The notes beneath the pieces are model-generated. The model worked only from the letters and a program-made list of their open reading frames with translations. It was not told the DNA's origin and did not search any database. A stretch of 64,000 nt of DNA from Psammoneis japonica (Eukaryota). Positions 49,101 through 60,969 of the stretch are shown piece after piece (position 1 is the first letter of the stretch; every line of letters starts with the position of its first letter). The DNA lies in assembly GCA_008632985.1 (NCBI GenBank), contig QPGO01000199.1, forward strand, positions 62,001 to 126,000, written 5' to 3'. Made by a program: the position numbers and the translations under genes.

Positions 49101-51208
49101 GTCGTTGAACTCCAGGAGATCCCATGCTTCGTATGCAATTCATCACACATTACGTGGCCATCCAGACGCTTCCCTGGCTTCCTTGAATCGGTTTCATCGT
49201 TTTTCCATGCATACACTTCAGGGGCATAGCCGTCACTGTACATCATGGCCGCTTTCGTCTTTTTCAGCTTGGACTCGGATGGCATAATCTGAAGGGACGT
49301 CTCTTGGAACTCTTTGTACGCAGTAGGAGAAGTGAGCCAGAGAGATAGAGCCATTCGGATAACACCCGCCGAATACTCAAGAGCCGTGTGTTTGCCGGCC
49401 ATTTTCTTGCCGTGCTTTTCGATTTCGTCTGATATGAGGGCAGCGATTCTCTCACGTTCATCGTCATCCATTTTCGACCCACCTTGATCTTCCGTCTCAA
49501 GCTCGAGTAAGACTGAAACTATCTTTTTCCGAAATGCTGCCTTGTTTTCCTTGCAGGCAGCAAAAGCTTTCTCCAGGACGGACTTCATTTGCTCGTCGCT
49601 GTCCTGTACCTCGATCTTGTCGTTCAGCTTTTTTAATTTGGCTTCTAACCGCTTGAATCTGATTTGTTGCTTCTTCTTCTCTTTTTGTACATTGCGGAGA
49701 CGTTCGTCTTTTTCTTCGGGGCTCAAGAAGCGAAGATTCGTTTTGGAGTTGCTAACGGTTTGCTGCTTACGGTTGCTTTCCTTTCGCTTGATTCGACGTG
49801 CTTCATTTCGTAAAATGTTCTTGCAAGAATGGCATTCGTTTGTTTCGGGACTGGGTTCTACCGCGAGGTAAAGGCCATTGCAGTCGGGTGATCGCTGCTC
49901 ACTGCATTGATGGAGGAGCAATCCTTTCTCAAGCTCAATCGGGAAGCAATCGCTTTCGTGCAGGTCCAACAAACGAACGAGTTGGTTTACTTCCCGTGAG
50001 TTCAGAAAATTCGATACGTTCTTGTCGGACGAGTTCCAAGAGAATCCGAGTTTGAAAGATATTTGATCAATCGGCGGTAGCATCTCTTGTACGGAATGCT
50101 CTTCAATGAAGAGAAATGGGAACCTGTCCTTTCGAATATTTTGGTCGCAATAGAAGCACTTATCACACTGTCGAGTCGTGCTCTTTGGAGACGCCACACC
50201 TGTGCAGTCAATGCTTCGCCATGTTTTACTCTTTCGATAGTAGTCAAAGAATTCAAGGCACTTTCCTCGAATATGAGGTGAGACCGTACATCTTTCAAGT
50301 CTTCTGTTTCGCATGCCGACGCAGCTCGAGTCGAGACTGTCGTGCGATCGTTGCTCACTCTCGCTTGGTGTGATCTGGACAGGATTGGGCTCTGGACTTT
50401 TGTTTTCTTTGTTGGTCTCCCCCATCGACAGTTCCACGAGCGGTTTTGTGGTTGTATCAAGTGACGTTCGTATTGATGGAGTTGCGCAGGTCGTCTCGAT
50501 AGGATTTGGAGAAAGAAGAGTCGGGCCTTGTTCAAGTCGACGCGAGTCTGTTGAAGTTCCTTTCTCGGCATCCTGCATTTCGACAGTTGTGAGGGAAGTT
50601 GACGTTGATGGAATGTCTGTATTGCCGGCTGTGATAGAAGCATTCGACAAAAGCGCGCGTTCGATGGCAATTGTCCGTTCTGTGGACGACTCTTGCGGCT
50701 CTTGTGGCGTTTGTTCCGGCGAGGATAGACTGTCAATAAAAGCTGAAACGACTTCGTGTTTGCAGCAAGAGGCTTGTACGAAAAGTGTTTTGTTACTGTC
50801 AATGGCGTCGCGGCTGTTATTCATACCGAACGAGTTTGCTTCTTCGAAAGAAAGCGGCGAAACCCATTGTGGCTTGACGTTGCAGGAGTCACGGAACTCC
50901 CAGAATTCTCTCGGCCAGTGATGAGGGGCAATGCATAAAATTTTTGTGCTTCTCTCGGGCTTCAAGTAATGGACAATGCTTTCGACGAGACGCTTGCATC
51001 GTGTGTTTTGCGTCACGCGTATCCTTGCCAGCGGGCGACCCCAAAGTGGATCATTAGCGTGAATCAGCGCTTGTCGAAACACATGACAATTTGGGGAACT
51101 ACAGCAGCATACATCATCACTCATCGTTGCAACAATCAATCGGTCATTGGGTTGATTGTCATCGGCGGCAGATTTTCCTTTTGAATTTCCATTTCGTCTG
51201 TCTTCCAT
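46179..51208 (-). CDS. P-element-like transposase (1555-aa ORF plus frameshifted C-terminal 46179-46520)
   Basis: THAP-like CCSSPNC...IAPHHW; ALSLWLTSPTAYKEF..MPSESKL; catalytic-type VMCDELH, GLVCDAGGNN, HCSTHNLKAVRN, NQSSIEAWFSLVR; RGGLTLV at the C terminus. Confidence 0.85.
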
Positions 51209-51291
51209 CCACCATCACATTTCGTGCCGTCTGTTATCCCCCCTCCATCACGTTTCGTGCCGTCTGTTTTCCCCCCTCCATCACGTTTCGT
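51209..51291. repeat. 33-bp tandem repeat, about 2.5 copies, upstream of the transposase
   Basis: cc(a/t)ccatcac(a/g)tttcgtgccgtctgtt units. Confidence 0.8.
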
Positions 51292-51489
51292 CTTCGAGGT
51301 ATATATGATATTTGTGAATGTTTATTTATAAATGATAAGTTCGTCCCGTCAGAAGCCCTACGTAGACTGCCGTAAAATGCAGTACAAATTTTAACGGTGT
51401 TCGTACCACGCATGGCAACAGGCTCGCACGTAGATTTGTACCGGAGCTTGTACATCCTGATAGACTTATAAATCCTTGCCTACTCTAGA

Positions 51490-51810
51490 GTCGTTGGAGC
51501 GGAGAGGTCGTTGCTGCTCTTGCTGTTGCTTGCTTGTTGGTGCTGTTTCTGGCTAGAGATACGGTACTAAACCCTACGACAACTGTAAAGTGTGAGTTAA
51601 AAGGAATACAATAAACGAGTATTTTGTGTGAAGCCTCAAGATGGATCATCGCTCAATCAAACGGCCAAGGTCAGAGGTCAGAGGCGGCCACGACAGTTTC
51701 AAGTTGGTAAGCAGGTATTTTCCAACTTCCAACGTACTTGAATGTGCTTACACGTCGCCTCACTTTCTCTTACATCCTAAAAAAAAATCTGTTGCTTCAG
51801 TCTATCGAGC
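51490..51810 (+). repeat. Diverged direct duplication, second copy at about 53460-53780
   Basis: Shared gaggtcgttgct.ctcttgctg, gagatacggtact, gaagcctc.agatg.atcatcgctcaat and ggtaagcaggtattttccaacttccaacgta. Confidence 0.8.
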
Positions 51811-52035
51811 CGGAAGAAAAGGGACCTAAGCCTACCAAGCCCACAATAACAACAAAGAAGCAGAAAAAGTCGAAATAATCGGAAAAGACAAACAAGAACA
51901 GCAACGAAGAGAAAACGTCATTGTCTTCAAGAGTATCGCAAGTATCGAGAGTGAATATCATGCCTTGCCTAAAACTTTAATCTTTGGTTGTGCTGATGCT
52001 TCATCTCCTCTCTGCACCTTCTGTCGGTATTCAGC

Positions 52036-52130
52036 ATGGCAACAGCCGACGGGCAAGCAATGGCTCAGGTGCTGAGTACGTTTAATCGCATGGAACGGGT
52101 TCGTTTTGAAGCTTTCATGACATCTGAATC
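52036..52130 (+). pseudogene. Possible TAF11-like histone-fold fragment
   Basis: MAQVLSTFNRMERVRFEAF resembles the TAF11 helix (..F...Q..R(Y/F)E.(Y/F)RRS). Similarity ends abruptly. Confidence 0.3.
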
Positions 52131-52225
52131 TCCGACCCCTCACAAAATTCAACGCGCCGCAAATACTCAACAACTTTTCTCGAAAGACACAACCCGCACA
52201 ATACATAAGAAAGCAAAGCATCAAT

Positions 52226-53030
52226 TTGAATCATGGCACCGCAATATTGCAACAAGAGAGTCTCTTTGACGAGGTGGAAATCAGCAATGAAATATTTATG
52301 GAGTCAGGAACAGATAATGATGATGTCTTTGCAAATAAGTCTGCTTGCTACTCTGCACCAGCATCCGAAAACAACGAGACTACATCCTATTGGAGACACC
52401 GCAAGTTTCGCATCATCGCCGTCATACTCACCGCCGTCGTGGCGATTGTGATTGGAGTTTTCGTCATTGTAAGGGGTAGTGCCAATCCCAATGCTCTCTT
52501 TGTTCCTGTTGATCCACCCGGCAAGGAGAAAGCGGATCGTTGGGATGGCGTTTGCGTGTCGTGAATGCATGCAGTGACGGCGAATGGACGGCTCTGTTTG
52601 ATGCTTCCCTCAGTGATTGGAACTCAGATCCATCGCTGCAATTGACGCCGATTCGATCGACACATGATCCGGATTGTCAACCGGAAATGAAACGACTCAA
52701 GTTTTCAACGGCAATTATGGAAATACGGTTTGGCAAGGACTCAATACGATTTTGTTGAGACGAGAAGTGATTGTGTGAAGTACGGTACGGCTCAATTATG
52801 ATCAATCCATGGATAGTGAGCGAAAGTATTATAATGTGAGTGTGCTTGGTTGCCATCATTTGCAATTTTGGTTTTAGGTGCCACGAATTGGGTCACGGAT
52901 TTGGTTTGCCACATTCCGACGAAAATCATTTTTGCATTAACTTAAGGGATTTCATGGATTACACAACCCGGCCCCGTTCCAACAAGCTGCCGGGACAGCA
53001 CAATTTAAACCCCCTTAAAAAAGCTCCATG
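52226..53030 (+). pseudogene. Membrane-anchored zinc metalloprotease (HExxHxxGxxH), fragmented
   Basis: TM IIAVILTAVVAIVIGVFVIV, LRVVNAC..EW..LFD.SLSDW and CHELGHGFGLPHSDE..FMDYT. Confidence 0.65.
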
Positions 53031-54089
53031 GTTCGCCCGACGAGCCACTTGTGTTTGGTGCGGCTGCCGATGTGAGTGGTACTACTTCTGGAAACTTACG
53101 TCCCAATCGAAATGGCAATACTCGATGAATGGAAAGCAATGTGTTAAATGGTGACAATTCCACCCGTGTGGACGAGTCCGTGAACAAAAGCACCACCAGC
53201 ACTATTGTACAAGAATCATCCGAAGAAGAAGAAGAGTCGGATGAAGAATCAAGTGACGAGGAGCCTGTTTCAATGGATATATTCAACAAGCGGCACTTGA
53301 ACAATATCTCTGTGCAAGGAGGATTTTTGTACCGTCTTTTTGGGACGAGATTATCGAGTCGAAATCAACAAGTTACGATTCTAACTAACACTCGCCTACT
53401 AGAGTAGAGAGTTCAATCAACGACGACTCCCTCCAAGTTGAGTGAGAGTTGCTGTTGCTGGTAGTTGGAGCTGAGGTCGTTGCTACTCTTGCTGCGTTGC
53501 TTAATGGTTGGGGCTGTTTCTGGCTGGAGATACGGTACTCTACTCGACAGCAACCGCAGAGTGTGAGTTGAAACGAATACATTAGACGTGCATTTTGGTT
53601 GAAGCCTCGAGATGAATCATCGCTCAATAAAACGGCCAAGGTCAGCCACGACAGTTGGTAAGCAGGTATTTTCCAACTTCCAACGTAATTGAATGTGCTT
53701 CGTCAGAAGGAATGTCAAAGTTCTGTACACGTAGCCTCGCTTTCTCTTACATCCTTAATATCTGTCGCTTCAATCTATAGAATATTCCCACGCTTCGACA
53801 GTTGTTTCGACGCCTCCTTGTGCTGGCCCTCACATCGCTGCTTAAACTCTCTAATTTCTTACTTAGAAAACTATGAACTAACAGATAAGTAACTAACGGT
53901 GTTTAGGTATAGCCGAATTGGGGAACACCATAATAAAATGCTACACGATTCTTACTGTCTACGGTACCTACAACACGTACATAGCTCTCTCTACCAGTAG
54001 AGAGTATTGTTCTTCTAGGTAATCGCGTGACTAGGACATTATACTTTGTCACATACCCCTCGCGTCCACTTCTTATTGTGCTTCTCCTA

Positions 54090-55440
54090 CGATCACATCA
54101 TCTTCTTCTTCGATTATATGTGCTCTCATTGCGTCGTCAAAGAATATGCTGACGGCAAGATCTTTTGACACGTGTCTTTGTTAATAGCTCTCGAGCCAGC
54201 CAATGAGGAGGGCTGGGTTCCAACGGGTGCAACATGATATTACGATCCAAAGGATCGCCCGGAACAACTGCTCAATGGTCAAAAGCAGAATACACCATGG
54301 CCTGTCCCTGTGTAAAGCTTCGAATTTAAGTCTCTAGTCCAAAGCAATCAAGGACGGGAATGAAGCCTTTGACGACATGAAGTGTCGATCCCGCCATTGG
54401 TTTGTCTTGCACGACGTGTCCTCTTCGTTTGGTCAGGAGTGGCTGAATAGCGTCCACGATTTCACCGGGGCATTGGATTTGCAATCTGTATGGGCTCCAT
54501 AAGTCGCGGAGTTGCAGTAAGAAGTAACGAATGAACGGTGCGCCTTGAGGTCGGGATCATCTGACCACCGCCACGATGAATAGGTTTATCTGCCAAGACT
54601 GCGTCTAGAATCTTGATTTTGGTACCTCGGACTGGTTCTTCACACAAAGGACCTTCCCGTGTTGCCCACTGGAAGCCTTGAACAATGCTGGATCGATACG
54701 TGCTCAGCAATGTCTTGTCTACCTCACTCGGCAGCGTATCGTCCATCAGAATGTTGGTACCGTGAGTGGGCGACGCGCCAAACGCCCATACGGAACGAGA
54801 AGAAAGCAAATCCCAATCGTACTGCTTTTGAAAGAATCGCCCGAGCTGAAAGAAACGACCAGACACAAGTAGTGTGAGTTGAGTCAAGTAGACAAATCTA
54901 ATGATCCGCGCAAGGCGCTTACCTTCCTGTTTTCCCAATTCAAATTCACTTTTCCCGCCTCGATTTTTTCAGCAAGGCCGTCGTCAAGAGGCTCCGCAAT
55001 AAAGGTGAGCTTACTTCGCTTATTTGCAGTCTGAAGAACACAAAGCGGCGAGTTTGAGAACTACTGAAATAGGAACACGTGAAACAATTGACACTACTGT
55101 ACTCGTTTCAACCACAGTCTCGCGGAATCCAACGACAGGGTCGGCGACTTTGACTTCAATATCCGAGTACACATGGCGAAGATCGTGCATGACACAGTCG
55201 ATCGTCGTCCCGGCAAGGTGCCATCTATTTGTAGACTTGCGAGTAACGATGGCGTGGTTGGGATGGACCAGCTTCGACGGTATTGCGGATAGTTGTTGGG
55301 GATTCACGCCCGGCACCAGCTTTCCGAGCTCGTCTGTAAGTAGGATATGATTATACATGTACAGTCAATGTTTTCCAGAGTCTCGGAAGCCCTTCCAGTG
55401 ACCCTATACACTAGCAGCGCATTAATGGCGGCACTCTTTC
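54090..55440 (-). pseudogene. EFTUD2: C-terminal fragment of the U5 snRNP GTPase Snu114/EFTUD2
   Basis: [84 protein letters not shown]. Contains stops, frameshifts and an apparent insertion. No GTPase N terminus. Confidence 0.8.
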
Positions 55441-58400
55441 ATGCATAAATTGTCGGTGAAAGTGCCGAGCGCTTCGAATGTGAGGGCTGTGGATCAACGC
55501 CTCATGCAGATACCAATAAGCCACAACGAATTATAATAAGGACTGAAAACCTGGATCGTGACGAGAGATAGCCGAATCCGTGAGTGAGTGAGTACATTTC
55601 TTTTTAAAAAAAAATAGAGAGAGCCATTTTGTAGCAAACGCAAGAACAACGGTAATTCTCCAAGAAAGACAAATCCATTGCAGGACAACAACGAAAAGAC
55701 ACACGCGCGTTTCCATACCACTACTTGGAACTTACGAGATGCAATGGATGTGAAAAATCAACGGTTCATAGATCACTTCTTGATGATGATTCAGTGTCAT
55801 TGGATGTGTTTGTCACATTGTCCTTGTATTTGGGCAATGCAATACAAAAGAGAAATAGGTCCGAAGTTGGAAGGATGAAAGTAATGAACACAACTGATTG
55901 ACACAACGTGGCTTCATCCCAATTCAAAGCAAACGGCTTAAGCTCAGCAATCCAAAAACGCCATGGGAACTCCATTCACTCTAGCAGAGTTTTCGGCGTT
56001 TGTCTCTTAAGCTTCAAAACGAAATATTTGTCAAACGAACGCAATCTCGTCTGTAGGTTTGTGGCTTCTTTCATCCCTCCGGTCCTCCGTGGTGTTTGAC
56101 TCGGTAAAGGATGTCCGCTGTTGAACGTGAGCTGTGATTGGAATGTTCCAGCGACTAATGGCCACTAGCTAGAGAGCGCTTCAACCTGCGCTTCAGCTTG
56201 GTCGGTGAAAGACGTGCGCGGCATATTCCCTCATTCTCATTCTTTGTGACTTTGGTGTTGCTGGTAGATGGCACTGCAGCTGTTCCGCCGTGGAATAAGC
56301 TGCAAGACAGAACAGCATGATGATGCTTTGTTCCACTGTGGTCGACGCATCAAGATTGCACACATCATCAAAGATTTGAAACGCGCGAAAGATCCGCAAT
56401 CCGCATAACGCGTTGAAGAGTGTTCATCCTCCTGCTGAAGATTCAAACATGACTCTGCCTCCGACTGGTGTTCTATGCACTGCCCATCCTAAAGGACTTC
56501 TTGAGGATGTGCCAGCTTGTGGCCAACAGGACACTTCCCCTTCCGGCAACACTCACGGATGCGGGAAAGCTGTTGTGCTTCCTGCTGCATCTGTGACCTG
56601 TCCCATGCATTCTCATGGATTTAAGGCATCCAAGCTGGGCCCAGTTGCTGGGTCCAGTGCATGTGACACTGATGCTGCTGTTGTGTCTCATGTCACAGGT
56701 GCGCTCGCTGTGGACACTCGGATGGATCCTACGGATGCTAGTTCCTTGACTGTCAAGTCCACTGTGTCTGTCATGGAATCTGTTGGCAAGCCATCTGCAG
56801 TTGTTGACACTGGATCCCTCGAACTTCCCACCGAATCGGTGGCACTTCCTGCTGAAGTCCAATCCTGCCTGCTCGAGACCCCAAAGTTTTTTGTTTCTGG
56901 CCATTTTGTTGTTCCACACAAAGATGGCCATGTTCGCCCCAGTTGTGGACCATCCTCTGTTGTCAAGGTTGCACCCGAGTTGCTTGCCACCCACACGCCG
57001 CCGTCGTCTGTTGCTCATGGACGCTGCCAGTGCTTTGTTGGTTGTCAAGTTGATTCAAAATTGGATTTTTGGTTCGGCCGTCGTTGGTTTCGGATGTGCG
57101 ATGCTGCCGTTCCTTCTCTTGTCCGATCAAGACCAGCGGAAGCGGGGCAACCCTGAAAGAGGGCCACCGGGTCTCATTGCCTCCCGCCATTTCATCTCTT
57201 TCCTCTGTTGTCAGGGCTGTTGTCGCATCCATTTGTGCTTTTCACGGTGCTCCGGACCTGTCCACCATTGCCGATGATGATCCCACATTTTTTGATCAGG
57301 GAAGGGATTCCCATGGTGCAGAGGAAACATGTCAGGCCATTGAGAACTCAATCTTCCGCCAAGACACCTTGCTTGACGATCACTTTTTGAACGCCGTGCG
57401 ATGCTCACCTCCGATGCGTCACTGTTCTTCCAACGTTGAGCAACTTCATGATGTGTTCTGTTTCTCTAACATGTTTTTCAAGGGCGACACAAAGTGTGGT
57501 GGCAGCATTGGTTTGCCAGGTGGGATGCCATTGCTTCATTTTCAACGCATCACTTGCCATGGTGGATTTCCAATTTTTGGCCCCATCTCTTCCGATGATC
57601 TTTGGCAACAGGATGACTCGCCAGAGTGTCCCGTTGCAGTCGATTGTTTGTGGATTGACAAAATTCTTCTCTGGTGCACGACTCAATTTGTCCAAAAGAT
57701 TCATTGGGAACTGCCTTTGACATTTTTTGTCAAAGACCGACGCGCTGAGCATGAGATGGATGTTTCATTCCCGACATGCTCGTCCCTTGATGGGATGTCA
57801 TCATTGATTGTTGTCATGTTTGCGGACCAAGTCTTGGCCATTTCTTTTGGTGCTCTTCTTTGTTCTGCTGTTCTGGCCCTCTCTTTTTGTTTGGATCGTC
57901 TCTTTCTTGTTGAGCATTGCATTGCTCATCAGGGGAGGGTGACAGACATCCGAGATGGGGAGCACACTCCCTTGTGTCGGACAGACCAGCATGGACAGCA
58001 TGGAGAGATCCGATGTTCTCTCCTTTGCTCACTTTCTTTCTGATCCAGCACATGATCATCATCTGTCCTAGACATCCGTTAGATTGTCCCGATGCCACCA
58101 GTCCATAAATTGCAAATGTTCCATGAGACTCTTTGGTTCCTGGTGCCTCTGAAAAATCCACAAAAGATGCCATTTGTGGTCATTTTCATGTTCAAAACTT
58201 CTCTGTCAACAAAGAGACGGCATTCCACATCTCCTGCTTGCACCTCTTCCTCCATTTCTTTTCCTCATTTGGGTGGCCTTGGTGGAGACGTTTGCTGTGT
58301 TGCTGCTTCTTGACAGTGGCAACATTGAGACACACAAATCCTTTTGATCAGACCTCGCCCAGAGAATCAGAGCAAATGATTCACAAAAGGGTTGACAGCA

Positions 58401-58889
58401 GGCAGCAGGACAGTCACAATGACCAAACAAATGTTTGCAAGACACAAGATGCATCATGCACCAGGGTTTCATGAATTTTTGTCAACTGCTTCTTTCTTTT
58501 GGCTGGACTTGGACGGGTGTGGCACGTTGCCACTTTGTGATGATGGTTTGCACTGCTTTGATCCACTTGATTTGGATGAGACAGAAGAAGCCCAACTTTT
58601 GCAACCTCCGTGCATTCAGGAAACCAATGCCGCCCCCCATGAAGCTTCATTCCATCAAGAATGAGTTGGCTGTGATGACAAAGATGTCTCTCCCACCAGC
58701 TGCACAAGTCTTTTTTTCTGTCTTGGGCCAAGCATGCCAAGGAGAGTGATTGCAAGTGCAAGTCTTTGTCCTGCTCTGCCACTTTGCATTGCCATCAACA
58801 AAACAGCTGGCTGCTCTTCTCCGCTCAACAAGCAAATGACAGAAGCCATGAAATCCAACAAATGAAGTCAAACCAATGAGCATGGTCAG

Positions 58890-60500
58890 GGAGCAAAATC
58901 TTTGTCTTGGGCAGCAGCAACCCATTGCATGAATCCACTGGAGACACAAAGATTCCCAGCTGCACAAGGTGTGCAAGCCTGAGGCCCACAGATGTGGCAA
59001 AAGAGGTGCGCAGTTGTCTTGGGATGATGCTGGGATGTGTCTTGGGCAGCAGCAGCCCCTTGCATGACTCAACAAACAGGAAGGAGTTGCACATCTGTGC
59101 AAGTCGTGCTGGAAGCATGAGGCCCACAGATGTGGCAGAGGAGGTGTGCAGCTGTCTTGGGGTGGCCTTGGACAACTCCAACAGGTCCCAAGGGACGCAA
59201 CAGCAACAATGATTGGATGGCAAAGGCCTTGTCTTGTGTCAACACAGCCCCTTGTTGCTCTGACATGTGACTGGCTTGCACACCCAGCCACCCCACCCAC
59301 AGAGACAAGGGAGCTTCCTGTGCTGACAAGAACAATGGCTGGGAAGCAAAGGCCTTGTCTTGTGTCAATGCACTCCCTTGTCTTTCTGACATGACTGGGT
59401 TTGGCCCAGCTCTCCACCTGCAGAGAACACCAGGGAACCATCTGTGTGACAGAGCAAGTGCACAAACATCCAAGATGACTCCATTGTGTTCCAGAGGACA
59501 CAACAACAACAACGGCTGGGGAGCAAAGGCCTTGTCTTTTGTCAACACAGCACCTTGTCTTGCTGAGATGACTGGGCTCCATTGCCCAGTCACCCAACCT
59601 GCAGAGAACAGGGAACAATCCAGCATGTGACAGCACAAGTGCCAAGTTGCCTTGGGACAGCTTTTGGTGACTCCATTGGGTCCCAAGAGACACAACAGCA
59701 ACAATGTTTGGGGAGCAAAGGCCTTGTCTTGTGTCAACACAGCACCTTGCCTCTCTGACATGACTTGGTTTGGCCCAGTCATCACCGCCACACCTGCAGA
59801 GACAAGTGAGCCACCTGTGCAACAGTGCAAGTGCTCAGTTGTCTTGGGATGGCTTTTGATCACTCCATTGGATTCCAGGGGAGCCAACAACAAGAACAAC
59901 TGGGAAGCAAAGGCCTTGTCTTGTGTCAATGCAGCACCTTCTTGATCTGACAGGACTGGGTTTGGCCCACCCAACCAAGCTGGAAAGACAAGGGAGCCAT
60001 CTGTGTGACAGCGCAAGCACTCAGTTGTCTCAAGGCAGGTGCAAGAAGCTCCATTGGGAGACACCAGTGGAGGCAGCAACAACAATGGTTGAGAACAGAA
60101 AGCCTTGTCTTGGGCTGACACAGCTCCTTTTCTCTCCCATGTGACTGGCTTGTTTTTTGGCCCACTGGCCACCACAGCACCTGCCTGCAGAGACAAGAGA
60201 ACCATCTGCACAACCATGGGATGGCATTTCAACAATGAGCAGGAAGCAAAGGCCTTGTCTTGTGTCAATGCACCCCCTTGTCCCTCTGACATGTCTGGCT
60301 TTCACCCAGCTGCTGCACCTGCAAAGACAAGCACTGACAATGGCTGGGAAGGGAGCGCCTTGTCTTGGGCCAATGCAGCTCCTTTTGTCTCTCTTGATGT
60401 GACTGGTTTGCTTTTTGGCCTGGCTGCTGGCTGGCACACCTGCCTGCAGAGACAAGGGAGCCATCTGCACGACAGTGCAAGTGCTCAGTTGTTTGAGGTG
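58890..60500. repeat. Degenerate tandem repeat array, unit about 110-190 bp
   Basis: gcaaaggccttgtcttgtgtcaa..cctgcagaga recurs near 59220, 59346, 59523, 59715, 59907, 60100, 60246 and 60357. A related pair lies at 58905-59160. Confidence 0.8.
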
Positions 60501-60969
60501 AAATGATTGGAGTGGGGGTCATGGGCCACAGCATTCTTGGTGGCAGGTGGATGGTGGATTTGTTGTTGACAGAGGTGGCAGCAGTGGCAGGTTGTCAGCC
60601 AGAGTTCTGCAACAGCTCCAGTGTGGCAGAGCCTTCATTTGTCTTGGGGCTCCTTGTGCTGCACACTTGTGGCTGAGGTGGAGCACCATGACCAAGACTG
60701 CTGCCAGCACTGGAATGGTTGGCAGCACACGGATGGCTGCCGCTGCCTCCACAAAGAGTTTTTTCACATTTTTTTTTTGCGGCCTTGTTGCAACACATCA
60801 AAAAGAAAATGTGGTTGTGAGGGCAAGCAGATTGTGAAGATTGAAGCATCGGAACATTGAAAAAAGATGGTGTGTGGCAGCAAAACTGTAAAAAATTCCA
60901 TCTCAACAAGAGCACACATGCAAAACCTCATCCAAGTCATCTCAAATCATTTGAACCTTCAGAGCTGAA

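Larger units (their letters stand above)
44169..51478 (-). mobile_element. P-superfamily DNA transposon, 7.3 kb
   Basis: 34-bp TIRs caaggatttataagtct(g/a)tcaggatgtacaagct at 44169-44202 and 51445-51478, shared subterminal tgttgccatgcgtggt, and a P-type transposase. No matching TSD is visible. Confidence 0.85.

Noticed and set aside
59200..60400. Conserved 23-bp core with variable gaps resembling a CRISPR array
   Set aside because: Intervening sequences are homologous to each other and longer than 100 bp.
56413..60915. Long ORFs of 247-407 aa (for example 57069-58043, 58647-59822, 59069-60292)
   Set aside because: Tyr-free, overlapping on both strands and within edited or repeat DNA. An ancestral minus-strand gene at 56.4-58 kb is possible but I cannot identify it.
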